A stretch of 27,303 nucleotides of DNA from Opitutales bacterium (GCA_049599475.1 JBMYOQ010000060.1:1-27303); one strand, 5' to 3'; shown: positions 7,451 through 20,034, counted from the stretch's first letter. The notes: a model not told the origin generated them from the letters alone. Made by a program: numbers and translations.

Positions 7451-8920
7451 TCAGAGAGATCTGAATTCCGTAGTCGGTATTCCTGCAGCTCTCTTGTTTT
7501 GTGCGAACTCTTCTCGGAAGGTACTCATCTTTTTCTTCAAGCGCTCTGCTATTTCAGGGTGTTCATGGATCGTATTGTTTTGCTCGCCGACATCTTCTTT
7601 GAGATTATAGAGTGCTTCTTGGCCTTTACCGTTTGAATGATATTTCCAATGACCCACGCGAATCCCTCGGAGACTTTGATTTCTGAAATAATAGTAGGCA
7701 TCGTGTGGTGACTGAGCCTCCGGCGCTCCTGATAAGAGCGGCCAAAGGTCTCTTCCGTCGATAACCCGATCCGTCGGAACGTCGCCTCCTGCTAGTTTCG
7801 TGAACGTAGGAAGCAGGTCCATAATTGTAGTGATTTCCAAGGAATGGGTGTCTGCTGGAATCTTGCCTGGCCAGCGAGCAATGAAGGGAACACGGACGCC
7901 GCCTTCGTAGGTGGAGCCCTTGCCGTCTCTCAGAGGGAAGGCGCTACCAATTTTCTGACCGGCTCTTAAATGGGGGCCGTTGTCAGATGTGAGCACTACA
8001 AAGGTATTGTCGTCCAATTTCAGCTCTTTGAGGGTGTTCATGATTTCGCCGACACTCCAGTCGAGCTCTTGTATGACATCTCCGTAGAGACCGCGCTGAC
8101 TGGTGCCCCGGAAATTTTCGGATGCGTATAGTGGGATGTGAGGCATCGCATGCGGTAAATACACGAAAAATGGGCGATCCTTGTTTTCAGTAATATATTG
8201 AATCGTTTCCTCCGTGAGCATCTTCGTGATGTGAGGCTGGTCGGCGGGCATTTGCACGACTTCGCCATTGCGCATCATGGGGCATATTGCGGTATTTCGG
8301 AGGGTGCCCACGGACTCGGTCTTGCGTTTGCCACCTGTGTTTGGTTGCCGGTCGAGGAGCCAATGTTTGATTTTGTCGTAGCTGTAGCCATCGCGCCATT
8401 CGCAGTCGTCGGCAAATTTTAACATAGACGGAATGATGCCTGAGCTATTCGAGGTCGGTAGCCCGAACCAGTAGTCAAACCCCTGGTTGTGTGGAAGGAA
8501 CTCTTCAAAAAAACCGAGATGCCATTTGCCGATAATTGCCGTGGCATAGCCCTGCGCTTTGAGTAATTCAGCGATGGTTATTTCGTCGGGGTTTATGCCA
8601 AAATCGTGCCGCCAGAATAACACTCCCGGCATGTTGACTCTTGCAGCGAAGGAGCCAGTCATAAAGGAGGCCCGCGATGGGGTGCAGACAGAGTTTACGT
8701 AAAAGTCTGTGAGTTTGATACCCTCTGCCGCAAGGCGATCGATATGAGGTGTTGAAATATCTTCTGCCCCAAAACAGCCGAAATCATTGTATCCAAGATC
8801 GTCTGTCAGAATAAAAATGAAGTTGGGCTTTGCAGGGGTATTTTCGGCGTAAGACTCAAAAGAGAGGCCCAGGCAAAAAATGGAGAGGCTGCAGAGCAGG
8901 GATAAGGCGGCGCGTGTCAT
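7451..8920 (-). CDS. secreted formylglycine-dependent (S1 family) sulfatase
   Basis: Signal peptide plus [17 protein letters not shown] (CxPxR), GKWHLG, PHIPL, SDNG and [13 protein letters not shown] motifs. Confidence 0.95.
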   Translation of the reverse strand: MTRAALSLLCSLSIFCLGLSFESYAENTPAKPNFIFILTDDLGYNDFGCFGAEDISTPHIDRLAAEGIKLTDFYVNSVCTPSRASFMTGSFAARVNMPGVLFWRHDFGINPDEITIAELLKAQGYATAIIGKWHLGFFEEFLPHNQGFDYWFGLPTSNSSGIIPSMLKFADDCEWRDGYSYDKIKHWLLDRQPNTGGKRKTESVGTLRNTAICPMMRNGEVVQMPADQPHITKMLTEETIQYITENKDRPFFVYLPHAMPHIPLYASENFRGTSQRGLYGDVIQELDWSVGEIMNTLKELKLDDNTFVVLTSDNGPHLRAGQKIGSAFPLRDGKGSTYEGGVRVPFIARWPGKIPADTHSLEITTIMDLLPTFTKLAGGDVPTDRVIDGRDLWPLLSGAPEAQSPHDAYYYFRNQSLRGIRVGHWKYHSNGKGQEALYNLKEDVGEQNNTIHEHPEIAERLKKKMSTFREEFAQNKRAAGIPTTEFRSL

Positions 8921-9449
8921 AGAGGAATGGGTGTATGATTGTATGATATCCCGTGGAATTTGGCTTAGGAACGTGCCAGGAGGGGCGGTGTGAGAATGAA
9001 CGTGGTCAAGTTAAAGTAAAAGGGGTGATGTGTCTTTATGAGATTTTACCGAAACTTTAGTGTGTGTGGGATGTGGGTCTCGAATTCGGTTGTGAAAATA
9101 GAACATCATAATAGGGTCCAAGTCGCAAATGTGGCCATTGGCATTAGTTGCGTAAATATGCACGAACTTCGCATATTATGAAATCTGACGACGGGCTTAA
9201 ATTAGGGCATATCTTTGGGGGGGAATCGTCTATTAGCCCAGAGAGTCGCTAGGGCCGCGCGATTAGCATGATATTGAACTCGTCTACGTGTTCGAGAATC
9301 ATCCGGATAATCAGACATCCTTTGAACAAAAGCGTCGAGAGCGGTGCGCATGGCCCTGAAATGATTTTGCGAATATTTAGATGAACGGCCGCTCCAGGTG
9401 ATGACTCTTGAATCGGTAGTCAAGGCATCGAATCGCTCTACGAAGAACC

Positions 9450-10556
9450 TTAGTCGCTTTGCTTGCGATAGGTGTTTGGGCTCATGCCGTAGTGCTTTTT
9501 GAAACAGTTGCTCAAATGTGAGGCGTGCGTGAAGCCGTTGCTCGCTGCGATGACTTCGAGGGAGTCACTCGTCTTCTTTAGTTGGACTGATGCCGCTTTG
9601 AGCCGCATACTGATAAGGGTTTGGTGCAAGGATTTGTTTAGCACATCCTGGAAGCGCTTATTGAGGCCGCTTTGCGAAATGCCTAGAATTTGAGCGACCT
9701 CGGGAGTGCCTATTTTCTGAGATAGGTTGTCCTGCAAGTATTGTAGGGCGGCTCGAATCGTTTCGTCCTTATGCGCAAAATGATTACTGCTGGCGCGTTG
9801 AGTAACGCCTTCGTGCGAGATAAATCGAGTAGTATCGGGAACCGTCTCGCCATCCATTGCGCGCTGGAGGCACAGGGACGCTTCGTAGGTGATCTTCTTT
9901 GCGTTTTTATCGATACTAGAGAGGGGGACGCTGTGTACGTCGCAGATCAGCGGGTTGTTGTCGATGCCCAGTATCGCGAAGTCCATAGGTATATTGTATC
10001 CCTGCTCGAGACAGATGCTTGCGATCCATGCTGCGTCGGAATCGTTCATGCAGAATATAGCGCAAGGACGTGGGAGTTTCTGGATCCGTCTTTGAATGGT
10101 GCTATAATTTTGCCTGCCGCTGGAATCGATTCTCAATACGCGATGGCCATGAGCTGCAACGGTCTCTTCAAAACTCGTTAATCGCTCATCTCCGAAGGGA
10201 GTGGCCTCGCTGCTGTACCAGGCATAATTGTCATGAGCAAATTGTATGAAGTGCTCGCCCGCAAGTTTACCCAGGGCACGGTTGTCCGCTGATACTCTTG
10301 GTATCTTGATATCAGTACGCCATGTGGAAAGATCCACCGCTGGTAGCCCGGATTCCTGAACGAAATTCAGATGTGACGCGTTGTTGGTGAGCGAGCAAAG
10401 TATTCCGTCTCCCCGCCAGTCGCTCAACATCCTCTGCGGCGTGAGCAGATTGGTATCTAAGTGCCAGTCAAAGGTGCGCGCAGCCTCTACGGCAGCCTGG
10501 TGGGTCTGGGGATCGTAAGCGCTAAGTAGCAGAAGGACGCGACGCTTGAGTTTCAT
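9450..10556 (-). CDS. XylR-type transcriptional regulator (N-terminal LacI-like sugar-binding domain + C-terminal AraC HTH)
   Basis: W.GDGI, VSADN, LPRPCAIFCMND, AILGIDNN, LSSID and RASSN, followed by an AraC double HTH (..GFTHASHLSNCFKKHYGMSP). Start placed at ATG 10556 (MKLKRR) rather than TTG 10598. Confidence 0.9.
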   Translation of the reverse strand: MKLKRRVLLLLSAYDPQTHQAAVEAARTFDWHLDTNLLTPQRMLSDWRGDGILCSLTNNASHLNFVQESGLPAVDLSTWRTDIKIPRVSADNRALGKLAGEHFIQFAHDNYAWYSSEATPFGDERLTSFEETVAAHGHRVLRIDSSGRQNYSTIQRRIQKLPRPCAIFCMNDSDAAWIASICLEQGYNIPMDFAILGIDNNPLICDVHSVPLSSIDKNAKKITYEASLCLQRAMDGETVPDTTRFISHEGVTQRASSNHFAHKDETIRAALQYLQDNLSQKIGTPEVAQILGISQSGLNKRFQDVLNKSLHQTLISMRLKAASVQLKKTSDSLEVIAASNGFTHASHLSNCFKKHYGMSPNTYRKQSD

Positions 10557-10598
10557 TGGGTTGTCGAATTTTGCAATAAATATGAAAAAACCATGCAA

Positions 10599-10627
10599 TT
10601 GAGGCTTTTGAATGTAAAGGTTATAAT
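10599..10627 (+). promoter_or_regulatory. sigma70-type promoter for uxaE-dctPQM
   Basis: TTGAGG (10599-10604), a 17-nt spacer, then perfect TATAAT (10622-10627), 14 nt before the ATG. Confidence 0.6.
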
Positions 10628-10641
10628 ACGGTGACTTTACT

Positions 10642-11922
10642 ATGAAAAAACTTCCCCGATTTACTTTTGGTATGGGTGATCGTTTTGGTCATCAAGGCAG
10701 TGCACAATTACAAGTAGTATTAGATGGTCGTGCTCGCGGCATCGATGTAGCCCCCGTTTGGAATAAGAGCAAACGTGAGCACACTCTGATTGGGAGTGAG
10801 CCGCAGAGTTTGCGCGAAGAGGCAGATGCTGCGGTGTCGGCTTTGTCTTATGACGGCGCATACTTTGTCGACGCGGATCACGTGAATTTTGATACGGTCG
10901 ACGATTTTATAGCCTGTTCCGATTTTTTTACCCTGGATGTCGCGGAGCAACTGGGGCAACCACCTCTCTCTGAGGATAAAGCAGATGCATATGCCTTAGC
11001 ATTGAGTAAAATAGATGCGATTCCTGGATTTGAGGAACTCAACATGCCAATCTACGCGCCTGCGCTGATCCGCTCTTATGGAGGCGCAGTGGAAGCTGCA
11101 GGAAGGCTGTATCGAAAAATTAAGGATACAAAAGGTGATAATGAATTTGCAATTGAAGTCTCGATGGATGAGACCGATCAGGCGCAGCTTCCCAATGAAA
11201 TGTTGGGGATTCTCTGTATGCTTTCGGCTGAGGGTGTGCCTGCGCAGACAATTGCGCCCAAGTTTTCTGGTAGATTCAACAAGGGTGTCGATTATGTGGG
11301 AGACCTTGCAGTCTTCACCAAAGAGTTCGAGGACGATTTAAGAGCACTAGCGTTTGCGGTGAAGCATTTCGAGCTCCCGGAGACATTGAAGCTAAGTGTG
11401 CATTCTGGGAGTGATAAATTTAGCCTGTATCCAATTATTCGTGATTTAGTTGAAAAATACAATGCAGGGCTTCACCTGAAAACTGCTGGCACGACATGGC
11501 TCGAAGAGGCGATCGGACTCGCTGAGGCCGGGGATGAGGGCGTGTCGCTTGTTGCATCGGTATACGCGGAGGCGATGGGTAAACTGGACGAGCTTACCGG
11601 ACCCTATGCAACGGTCCTGGATATCGACCTGAAGCAGCTTCCAAGTGTGGAAGAGACGAAAGCTTGGACGAGCGAGCAATGGGTGAACGCATTGGATCAT
11701 GATCCAACGATTGGAGGATTTAATTCTAGTATGCGTCAGCTATTTCACGTGTCGTTCAAGCTTGTGGCCAAGAATTCAAATTTCTATGAATTGCTCAAAG
11801 AGCATGCCGATATTATTAATCGGAGGGTTCACCAGAACTTGTTCAATAAGCACTTGCTTCGCATCTTTCCGGCTGAGGTGTCGCATATTGTCGAGGCGGA
11901 TGCGCATTCATCCTCGGTTTGA
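10642..11922 (+). CDS. uxaE: tagaturonate/fructuronate epimerase UxaE family
   Basis: Motifs FGMGDRFG, VDADHV, FTLDV, EVSMDET, APKFSGRFNKGVDY, LSVHSGSDKFSLYP, HLKTAGTTWLEE and RQLFHV match UxaE. Confidence 0.9.
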   Translation: MKKLPRFTFGMGDRFGHQGSAQLQVVLDGRARGIDVAPVWNKSKREHTLIGSEPQSLREEADAAVSALSYDGAYFVDADHVNFDTVDDFIACSDFFTLDVAEQLGQPPLSEDKADAYALALSKIDAIPGFEELNMPIYAPALIRSYGGAVEAAGRLYRKIKDTKGDNEFAIEVSMDETDQAQLPNEMLGILCMLSAEGVPAQTIAPKFSGRFNKGVDYVGDLAVFTKEFEDDLRALAFAVKHFELPETLKLSVHSGSDKFSLYPIIRDLVEKYNAGLHLKTAGTTWLEEAIGLAEAGDEGVSLVASVYAEAMGKLDELTGPYATVLDIDLKQLPSVEETKAWTSEQWVNALDHDPTIGGFNSSMRQLFHVSFKLVAKNSNFYELLKEHADIINRRVHQNLFNKHLLRIFPAEVSHIVEADAHSSSV

Positions 11923-11981
11923 GAAATTAGGGCATTTTATACTTCACATAGGGCAATTAACGTTTAGCTGATACTGGTCTG

Positions 11982-13007
11982 ATGAAAAAGGCTTACTTCT
12001 CTTTTGGGTTCATTTTAGGCATCCTGGCAACTGCAGTTTTTTTCGCGTTGTTCAAGCCGGTGAATTCAACCAGAGGTGAAAAAGCTACGCGATTAAAGAT
12101 TGCCCACACGCTTCCCACGAACCATCCGGTGCATCAAGGGATTGAGCAATTTGCTGAACGTTTGGCATATCATTCGGGCGGATCCTTAGCTCTGGATATC
12201 TACCCGAATGGTCAGCTGGGAAGTGAGACCCAGACCTTGGAGCAAATGCAGTCGGGAACACTGGACATTGCCAAAGTAGGCGGGGCCACACTTGGTAATT
12301 TTATACCATTATCAAAACTGTTCAGTTTGCCCTATCTATTCCGGGACGATGCGCATTACTGGGGTGTATTGAAAAGTGAAATCGGCGAAGACCTACTTGC
12401 CGCGCTTTCTGTGAATGGAGATGGATCCGCCAGCGGCTTCCGAGGCTTGACCTATTATGATGCGGGCAGCCGTAATTTCTACACTCAGATTCCGATAAAG
12501 ACTCCAGCTGACCTGGAGGGACTGAAGGTGAGGGTGATGAATGATCCAGTGGCGATTGATTTGATGAAGGCATTTGGGGCCTCGCCAACGCCAATTTCAT
12601 GGGGAGAGCTCTATACGGCATTGCAGCAAAATGTTGTGGATGGGGCGGAAAACAATCCTCCTAGTTTTGTGACTTCGCGGCATTTCGAAGTCTGTAAGCA
12701 TTTTACTTTCGATCACCATAGTCGCATTCCCGATGTGCTCATCATTTCGCAACAGACTTGGGATCGATTGGATGAAGAGCAGCGCACTTGGATTGAACGT
12801 GCGGCATCCGAATCGAGTGAGTTTCAGCGCGAGGCTTGGGCTGAGGGTGTAGACGAAGCGCTCGAGGTGATGGAAAGCGAAGGGGTGGAGGTTCACCATG
12901 TCGACCTGACACCATTTATCGAGGCTACTGAATCTGTACGTTCTAAATATGCAACGGGTCCGATGCAGGGGTTTCTCGACCGAATCGAATCCTTTTACAC
13001 TCCTTGA
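11982..13007 (+). CDS. dctP: TRAP transporter substrate-binding protein DctP (probably uronate/sugar acid)
   Basis: IYPNGQLG.E, LPYLF, DLEGLKVRV (conserved Arg) and ELYTALQQNVVDGAEN. Confidence 0.93.
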   Translation: MKKAYFSFGFILGILATAVFFALFKPVNSTRGEKATRLKIAHTLPTNHPVHQGIEQFAERLAYHSGGSLALDIYPNGQLGSETQTLEQMQSGTLDIAKVGGATLGNFIPLSKLFSLPYLFRDDAHYWGVLKSEIGEDLLAALSVNGDGSASGFRGLTYYDAGSRNFYTQIPIKTPADLEGLKVRVMNDPVAIDLMKAFGASPTPISWGELYTALQQNVVDGAENNPPSFVTSRHFEVCKHFTFDHHSRIPDVLIISQQTWDRLDEEQRTWIERAASESSEFQREAWAEGVDEALEVMESEGVEVHHVDLTPFIEATESVRSKYATGPMQGFLDRIESFYTP

Positions 13008-13012
13008 TCGTC

Positions 13013-13519
13013 ATGAAGGCATTAAGTGGATTGAATAGGGGTCTTGTGTCGCTCCTTCAGGGAATACTTGTCTTAGTATTTCTCTTACTCGTTGTAGATG
13101 TCGTGTGGGGTGTTGTTACGCGATATTTGTTGGGTTCTCAGGCGGCTTGGTCTGAGGAGTTGGCCCGTTTTCTTATGGTGTGGTTAGCACTGTTGGGAGC
13201 AGCCCTGGCGTGCCGCGAACAGAGTCACTTGGGGCTCGACGCTCTCGTGCGGACTTGGCCCGAAGATGTGCGTAAGTATGGGAATATTTTGGTGCATAGC
13301 TTGGTGCTGGTATTTGCGGTATCTATTATGGGCTATGGCGGCGGACAGCTCGTGGTAGAGCGCTTCGCATCGGGCCAAACCTTACCCGCCTTGGGTATCG
13401 CACGTGGATGGTTTTATTTAGCCCTACCTGTGAGTGGTTGGCTGATTGCTTTATTCTCCTTTGAATTGTTGATTCTCACGATTTGGGGACCGGAAAAGAG
13501 TGACGGGGGTGACGCATGA
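13013..13519 (+). CDS. dctQ: TRAP transporter small permease DctQ
   Basis: Four TM segments, VVTRY, WSEELARFLMVW and HLGLD. ATG at 13013 preferred over TTG at 13004. Confidence 0.9.
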   Translation: MKALSGLNRGLVSLLQGILVLVFLLLVVDVVWGVVTRYLLGSQAAWSEELARFLMVWLALLGAALACREQSHLGLDALVRTWPEDVRKYGNILVHSLVLVFAVSIMGYGGGQLVVERFASGQTLPALGIARGWFYLALPVSGWLIALFSFELLILTIWGPEKSDGGDA

Positions 13520-14814
13520 CGCTTGAGCTTGCCATCATGCTTGCCTGTTTCGTGGCGTTGCTCCTTGTGCGCGTTCCGATTGCCTTTGTATTGGGCTTGT
13601 CCTCGGTCTTGGCCGCAGTTGCCCTGGGTTATGAGAAGATCCCTTTAGCCTTTGCCAGTGATCTGGCGAACGGGATTGATAGCTTTGCTCTGCTAGCGAT
13701 CCCATTTTTTATCCTGGCCGGAGAGCTCATGGGAAGTGGCGGCTTGGCGCGACGCCTGATCGTCTTGGCGACCGCTCTCGTCGGACGTTTGTCGGGAGGG
13801 CTAGCTCTAGTGAACACGCTCACCTGTATGCTTTTCGGAGCGATCAGTGGTTCGGCGGTAGCCGCGGTATCGAGTATCGGAGGGGTCTTGATTCCAGAGA
13901 TGAATCGAAAGGGCTATGATCGCGACTTCAATATCGCGGTGACTGCGTCTGCGGCGACTACGGGCCTTCTCATTCCCCCAAGCAATATTGTCATTGTTTA
14001 TGCCCTCGTTGCCGGAAATGTATCGGTAGCAGCACTCTTTATGGCAGGGATTTTGCCTGGGCTGGTGATCGGCTCCGGTATTATGGCTGTCGCTTATATT
14101 ATCTGCCGACGCAAGGGGTATGGATTGCAGAAAGAGAACGCTGAACAAACTGCAGTTCCTATTTGGAGTGCGATCTTTGGAGCGCTCCCGAGCCTGCTTC
14201 TGGTGTTTATTGTTTTGGGCGGAATTTTAGAGGGAATCTTTACGGCGACGGAAGCTTCCGCGATCGCTGTGGTGTGGGCCTTTTTACTGGGTGTTGTATT
14301 TTATAGAGAAATACAGATCAACGATTTGTATGGGATTTTTCTGCGGGCAATCCGAACGACATCCGTGGTGCTCTTTTTGATCGCTTGTAGTTATATGATG
14401 AGCCGAATGCTCACGCTGGAGCAAGTGCCCCAGCAAGTGAGTGCTACGCTTCTGGAGCTTTTCGAAAATCCCATCTTGGTAATCTTGGTGATAAACGTAA
14501 CCTTACTCGCGGTCGGGATCTTTATGGATATGACTCCCGCGGTGCTTATCTTTACGCCGATTTTTTTACCCGTAGCGGAATCGATTGGGATTCATCCGGT
14601 GCAGTTCGGTATCATTATGATCGCCAATCTGTGTATCGGGCTCCTGACCCCTCCAGTGGGGACCTGTCTCTTCGTAGGAGCCGGAGTAGGGGGAAGTGAC
14701 ATTAGCAAGGTGTCTCGTGCGATGTTGCCATTTTATGGTGTGATGATTGGCTCACTGATGCTCATTACTTTTTGGCCAGCCCTAAGTATGCTGTTGCCTA
14801 GCCTGCTGGACTAG
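13516..14814 (+). CDS. dctM: TRAP transporter large permease DctM
   Basis: LLAIPFFILAG, ISGSAVA, LIPPS, FTATEA and GLLTPPVG; ATGA overlap with dctQ. Confidence 0.95.
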   Translation: MTLELAIMLACFVALLLVRVPIAFVLGLSSVLAAVALGYEKIPLAFASDLANGIDSFALLAIPFFILAGELMGSGGLARRLIVLATALVGRLSGGLALVNTLTCMLFGAISGSAVAAVSSIGGVLIPEMNRKGYDRDFNIAVTASAATTGLLIPPSNIVIVYALVAGNVSVAALFMAGILPGLVIGSGIMAVAYIICRRKGYGLQKENAEQTAVPIWSAIFGALPSLLLVFIVLGGILEGIFTATEASAIAVVWAFLLGVVFYREIQINDLYGIFLRAIRTTSVVLFLIACSYMMSRMLTLEQVPQQVSATLLELFENPILVILVINVTLLAVGIFMDMTPAVLIFTPIFLPVAESIGIHPVQFGIIMIANLCIGLLTPPVGTCLFVGAGVGGSDISKVSRAMLPFYGVMIGSLMLITFWPALSMLLPSLLD

Positions 14815-14867
14815 AGGCGGGTATTATCATGTTTATCAAATCTGTTTTCCTGACTCGAATCGGACAC

Positions 14868-14902
14868 AAAAAATCCCACGGCTGTTTCAGCGGTGGGATT
14901 TT
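14868..14902. terminator. bidirectional intrinsic terminator between convergent dctM and acnB
   Basis: AAAAAATCCCAC-G-GCTG-TTT-CAGC-G-GTGGGATTTT: hairpin with an A-tract on the left and a T-tract on the right. Confidence 0.8.
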
Positions 14903-14929
14903 CTGTTAAGTCTTTAAAGGACTCGAGGA

Positions 14930-17701
<2,772 letters not shown>

Positions 17702-17795
17702 ACCCTTGACAGTTTTAAAAAACTGATTTTCCTCAAGTCTATTCAGCTACATTATTGAGATTAGGGCGAATTTGAGCCCTCGCTGAAATTACTTG

Positions 17796-18869
17796 TTAGC
17801 GCTCTATCTTGACCTCAATGGTCTCTGTATCAGACCATTTTCCGTCTAATCCGCGCACTCTCACTTCTAAGACTCGAGTTCCGGCTCTGGGGGCTTTCAT
17901 ATTGCCGAAATCGTTGCCTTCTACCGTTTCGTTGCCCGCGAAAGAGTAGGGTGTGAACCTGTCTGAATTCGCGCGTCCGCGCTTGTCGAATTTAAAGGTG
18001 ACCTCGGAGGTCGCTCCATCGATGTCGGCCACTAGATCGAAACCCGATGCGGGCATGTCACGCGCCTTGATGACGGATCCGTTCCGCAATCTTGAATATC
18101 CGCGGATCGTTTCCCCAGTCATGGTATCGACCAAGAAAAGCTTCGATACCCGTGGTTTCCAGGTGGAGAGTGCCGTGATGAATTGTATGCCATTGCCCAC
18201 TCCCGCGATATGACCCTTGCTAATTTCAGTTATCGAGCCATCGGAGTCTTGTGAAATCGAGGCAGACGCGTGGTGCACTTCGACGTTTGTCGTTTCGCCT
18301 GAGCTGATGAATTTTATGAGACCCGATTGAGTGCTAACGACGTCAGAACCGACTCGGATTGATGTCTGGCTTTCGGGATCACTCGATGAGCTATTGAGCA
18401 CTAGGATTCCGGCTTGTAAAATCAGCTCCCCTTCCGGGTTGTGCACGATAACCGCTTGATCCGAGAGTTCGAGCTTGCTCCCATCGAGGTTTGTAAGGGT
18501 GAGTGTGGCATCTTCGAGGAGTTCTACGCTCATGCCTTTGTCTAAGATGCTAGAGAGTTCGAGCTCAGGGCTCGTGTCGGTGCCCCCGGTGGCATTTACC
18601 TGACCCGATATCGCTGTCACGCGAATACCCTTAGCTTCTTGAAAGGCGTCGACGACTTTATAGGTCCCAAGGCCCATCGAAAGGAGCAGCATTATCAAGA
18701 TGATAATCGAAAGGCCTCCGGGCATCGGGGACTTGTTGCCTAGCTTTTGCTTAATGTCTTCGCTCGTGTCTCTCAAGAGAGAATCGATGGCGAAAGATTC
18801 TCCATAGGCTACTAGCTCTTCCTCCGTGGCATCGTCGGGAAGGGGCGAATTCAGATCGATCATCCTCAT
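17796..18869 (-). CDS. FecR-domain transmembrane anti-sigma factor with an extra C-terminal beta-sandwich domain
   Basis: Short cytoplasmic N-terminus, one TM helix (IIILIMLLLSMGLG), FecR-like region (DGSKLEL..L.LQAG..T.VEVH). ATGA-coupled to the upstream ECF sigma. Confidence 0.75.
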   Translation of the reverse strand: MRMIDLNSPLPDDATEEELVAYGESFAIDSLLRDTSEDIKQKLGNKSPMPGGLSIIILIMLLLSMGLGTYKVVDAFQEAKGIRVTAISGQVNATGGTDTSPELELSSILDKGMSVELLEDATLTLTNLDGSKLELSDQAVIVHNPEGELILQAGILVLNSSSSDPESQTSIRVGSDVVSTQSGLIKFISSGETTNVEVHHASASISQDSDGSITEISKGHIAGVGNGIQFITALSTWKPRVSKLFLVDTMTGETIRGYSRLRNGSVIKARDMPASGFDLVADIDGATSEVTFKFDKRGRANSDRFTPYSFAGNETVEGNDFGNMKAPRAGTRVLEVRVRGLDGKWSDTETIEVKIER

Positions 18870-19411
18870 TCGGCTTTCCCCGCTTTCTTTGCTATGCGTT
18901 GACTCACTTTTAGGCGTGCCATGGCGAGTCCTTTTGCCACGGTCGCAGGGCTTTTCGTTACCTTCTTACTGATTACCTTCGTAGTGTATCCAGAAATATA
19001 TTGGAGCCTCAGCACATTCTTCGCATTTTTCGGAAGCTCGACCACGCAGCGCCAGAGAATATGTATGCGCTTTTCCCAATCGCTCGCGGGGACGCTCTCG
19101 AGGTTTTCAAATACTTTGTCTATCCCGAATGCCACTGCATCATTCTCGATCGGCGAGGTGACGCCCATGCGCTTATATCGCCTTAAAACTTCGTAACGAA
19201 TCACCGTTCGGATCCAGTTCTCGAAACTATCCTTCCCCGTGTAATACTGGTGAAATTCCTGGGCTGCTGTATAAGCAGCATCTTCGACAACCTCTTCCAC
19301 CTGGTCCTGATAATTCCTGAACAGGGTACGTGCATAGCTCAGCATCATCGTTCGATTGTCTCGAATTAGATCTGCAATATGAAGCGGTTCAGATGTCTCT
19401 GTCTGGCTCAT
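18866..19411 (-). CDS. ECF sigma-70 factor (PVC-type)
   Basis: Region 2-like (MLSYART..VEEVVED..SFENWIRTV) and region 4-like (CVVELP..VLRLQY..IS....KS...V...L..AR) motifs; 181 aa. Confidence 0.85.
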   Translation of the reverse strand: MSQTETSEPLHIADLIRDNRTMMLSYARTLFRNYQDQVEEVVEDAAYTAAQEFHQYYTGKDSFENWIRTVIRYEVLRRYKRMGVTSPIENDAVAFGIDKVFENLESVPASDWEKRIHILWRCVVELPKNAKNVLRLQYISGYTTKVISKKVTKSPATVAKGLAMARLKVSQRIAKKAGKAE

Positions 19412-19689
19412 TGATAAATTTTTTACTAGAGGGCAAGGTGGGTGTTGGCCTAATATAATAGTGTTTATCAGTATAATTCGGACAATGAATCGAAGACCTT
19501 AGCTAGAGTGGAGGAATCTCTCTGGGGCCTTTGCGAGAGTCATTGCGCGACCCATTGCCCGTAGACCAAGGAGCTTCTGTCGAGTGGAATCATGCTGAGA
19601 AGGCAACGTTGCCCTGAATAGCTGAACCGTTTGCCTGTTTATTTTTACAAAAACGAAACAGCGCGTGCGATCAGGCCTCAGCAGATTAA

Positions 19690-19852
19690 ACCTACTTCGT
19701 TAATGGGTTGGGAATGACAATCTGGAGTTCACCAAGCTTATAGAAGGAACCACGAATGAACACTAATTCACACGATCTCTTCATACGAGGGCGCCGTTTT
19801 CGTGTTTATTCGTGGTTATAAGAGACTTGGGCATTGTTTTGACAAAGTAGAG
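19690..19852. mobile_element. MITE-like element family C, copy 2 (163 bp)
   Basis: 19692-19814 aligns ungapped to 7064-7186 with 106/123 identities (manual count). Ends are CTACTTCGTTAA / TTGACAAAGTAG, flanked by TTAA / TTAC. Decamer array is 3+2. Confidence 0.8.
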
Positions 19853-20034
19853 TTACACGACTTCTCAAAAGTGTTTTTGTTGATTCTGGTAAATCCACAC
19901 TTTCGAAGGGCAAGCGTGGTTGTTGGGCGAACCTTCCTGGTGAGCCGAAGAATTTAAGCCTCTATTGGACCCTCAGTCAGTTTGCCAAGACGGTTCGGCA
20001 GACCACTTGTTTGAGAAAAAATTGAGAAGGGGGC
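19853..20034. mobile_element. MITE-like element family D, copy 2 (uninterrupted)
   Basis: Ends ACACGACTTCTCAAAA / AATTGAGAAGGGGGC. Internal degenerate GTAG REP doublet (19922-19947 / 19978-20004). Homologous to 6840-6876 + 7239-7383. Confidence 0.65.

Noticed and set aside
7353..7610. 85-aa + strand ORF with a signal-peptide-like start
   Set aside because: Begins inside MITE D and runs antisense into the sulfatase; likely spurious.
5656..9031. Shared 10-mer GGGGTGATGT upstream of PEP-CTERM paralog 1 (5656-5665) and the sulfatase (9022-9031)
   Set aside because: Different distances to the start codons, and a 10-mer match is expected by chance in 27 kb.
9202..9423. 73-aa ORF downstream of the XylR-type regulator
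   Set aside because: TTG start, no recognisable motif and atypical composition.
9199..11935. Identical 12-mer AAATTAGGGCAT at 9199 and 11924
   Set aside because: No extension of the homology; such matches are expected by chance.
19500..19640. Riboswitch- or 6S-like fragments upstream of the ECF sigma (GCGAGAG..CCAAGGAGC)
   Set aside because: Core motifs are incomplete and in the wrong orientation for a downstream gene; an Rfam search would be needed.
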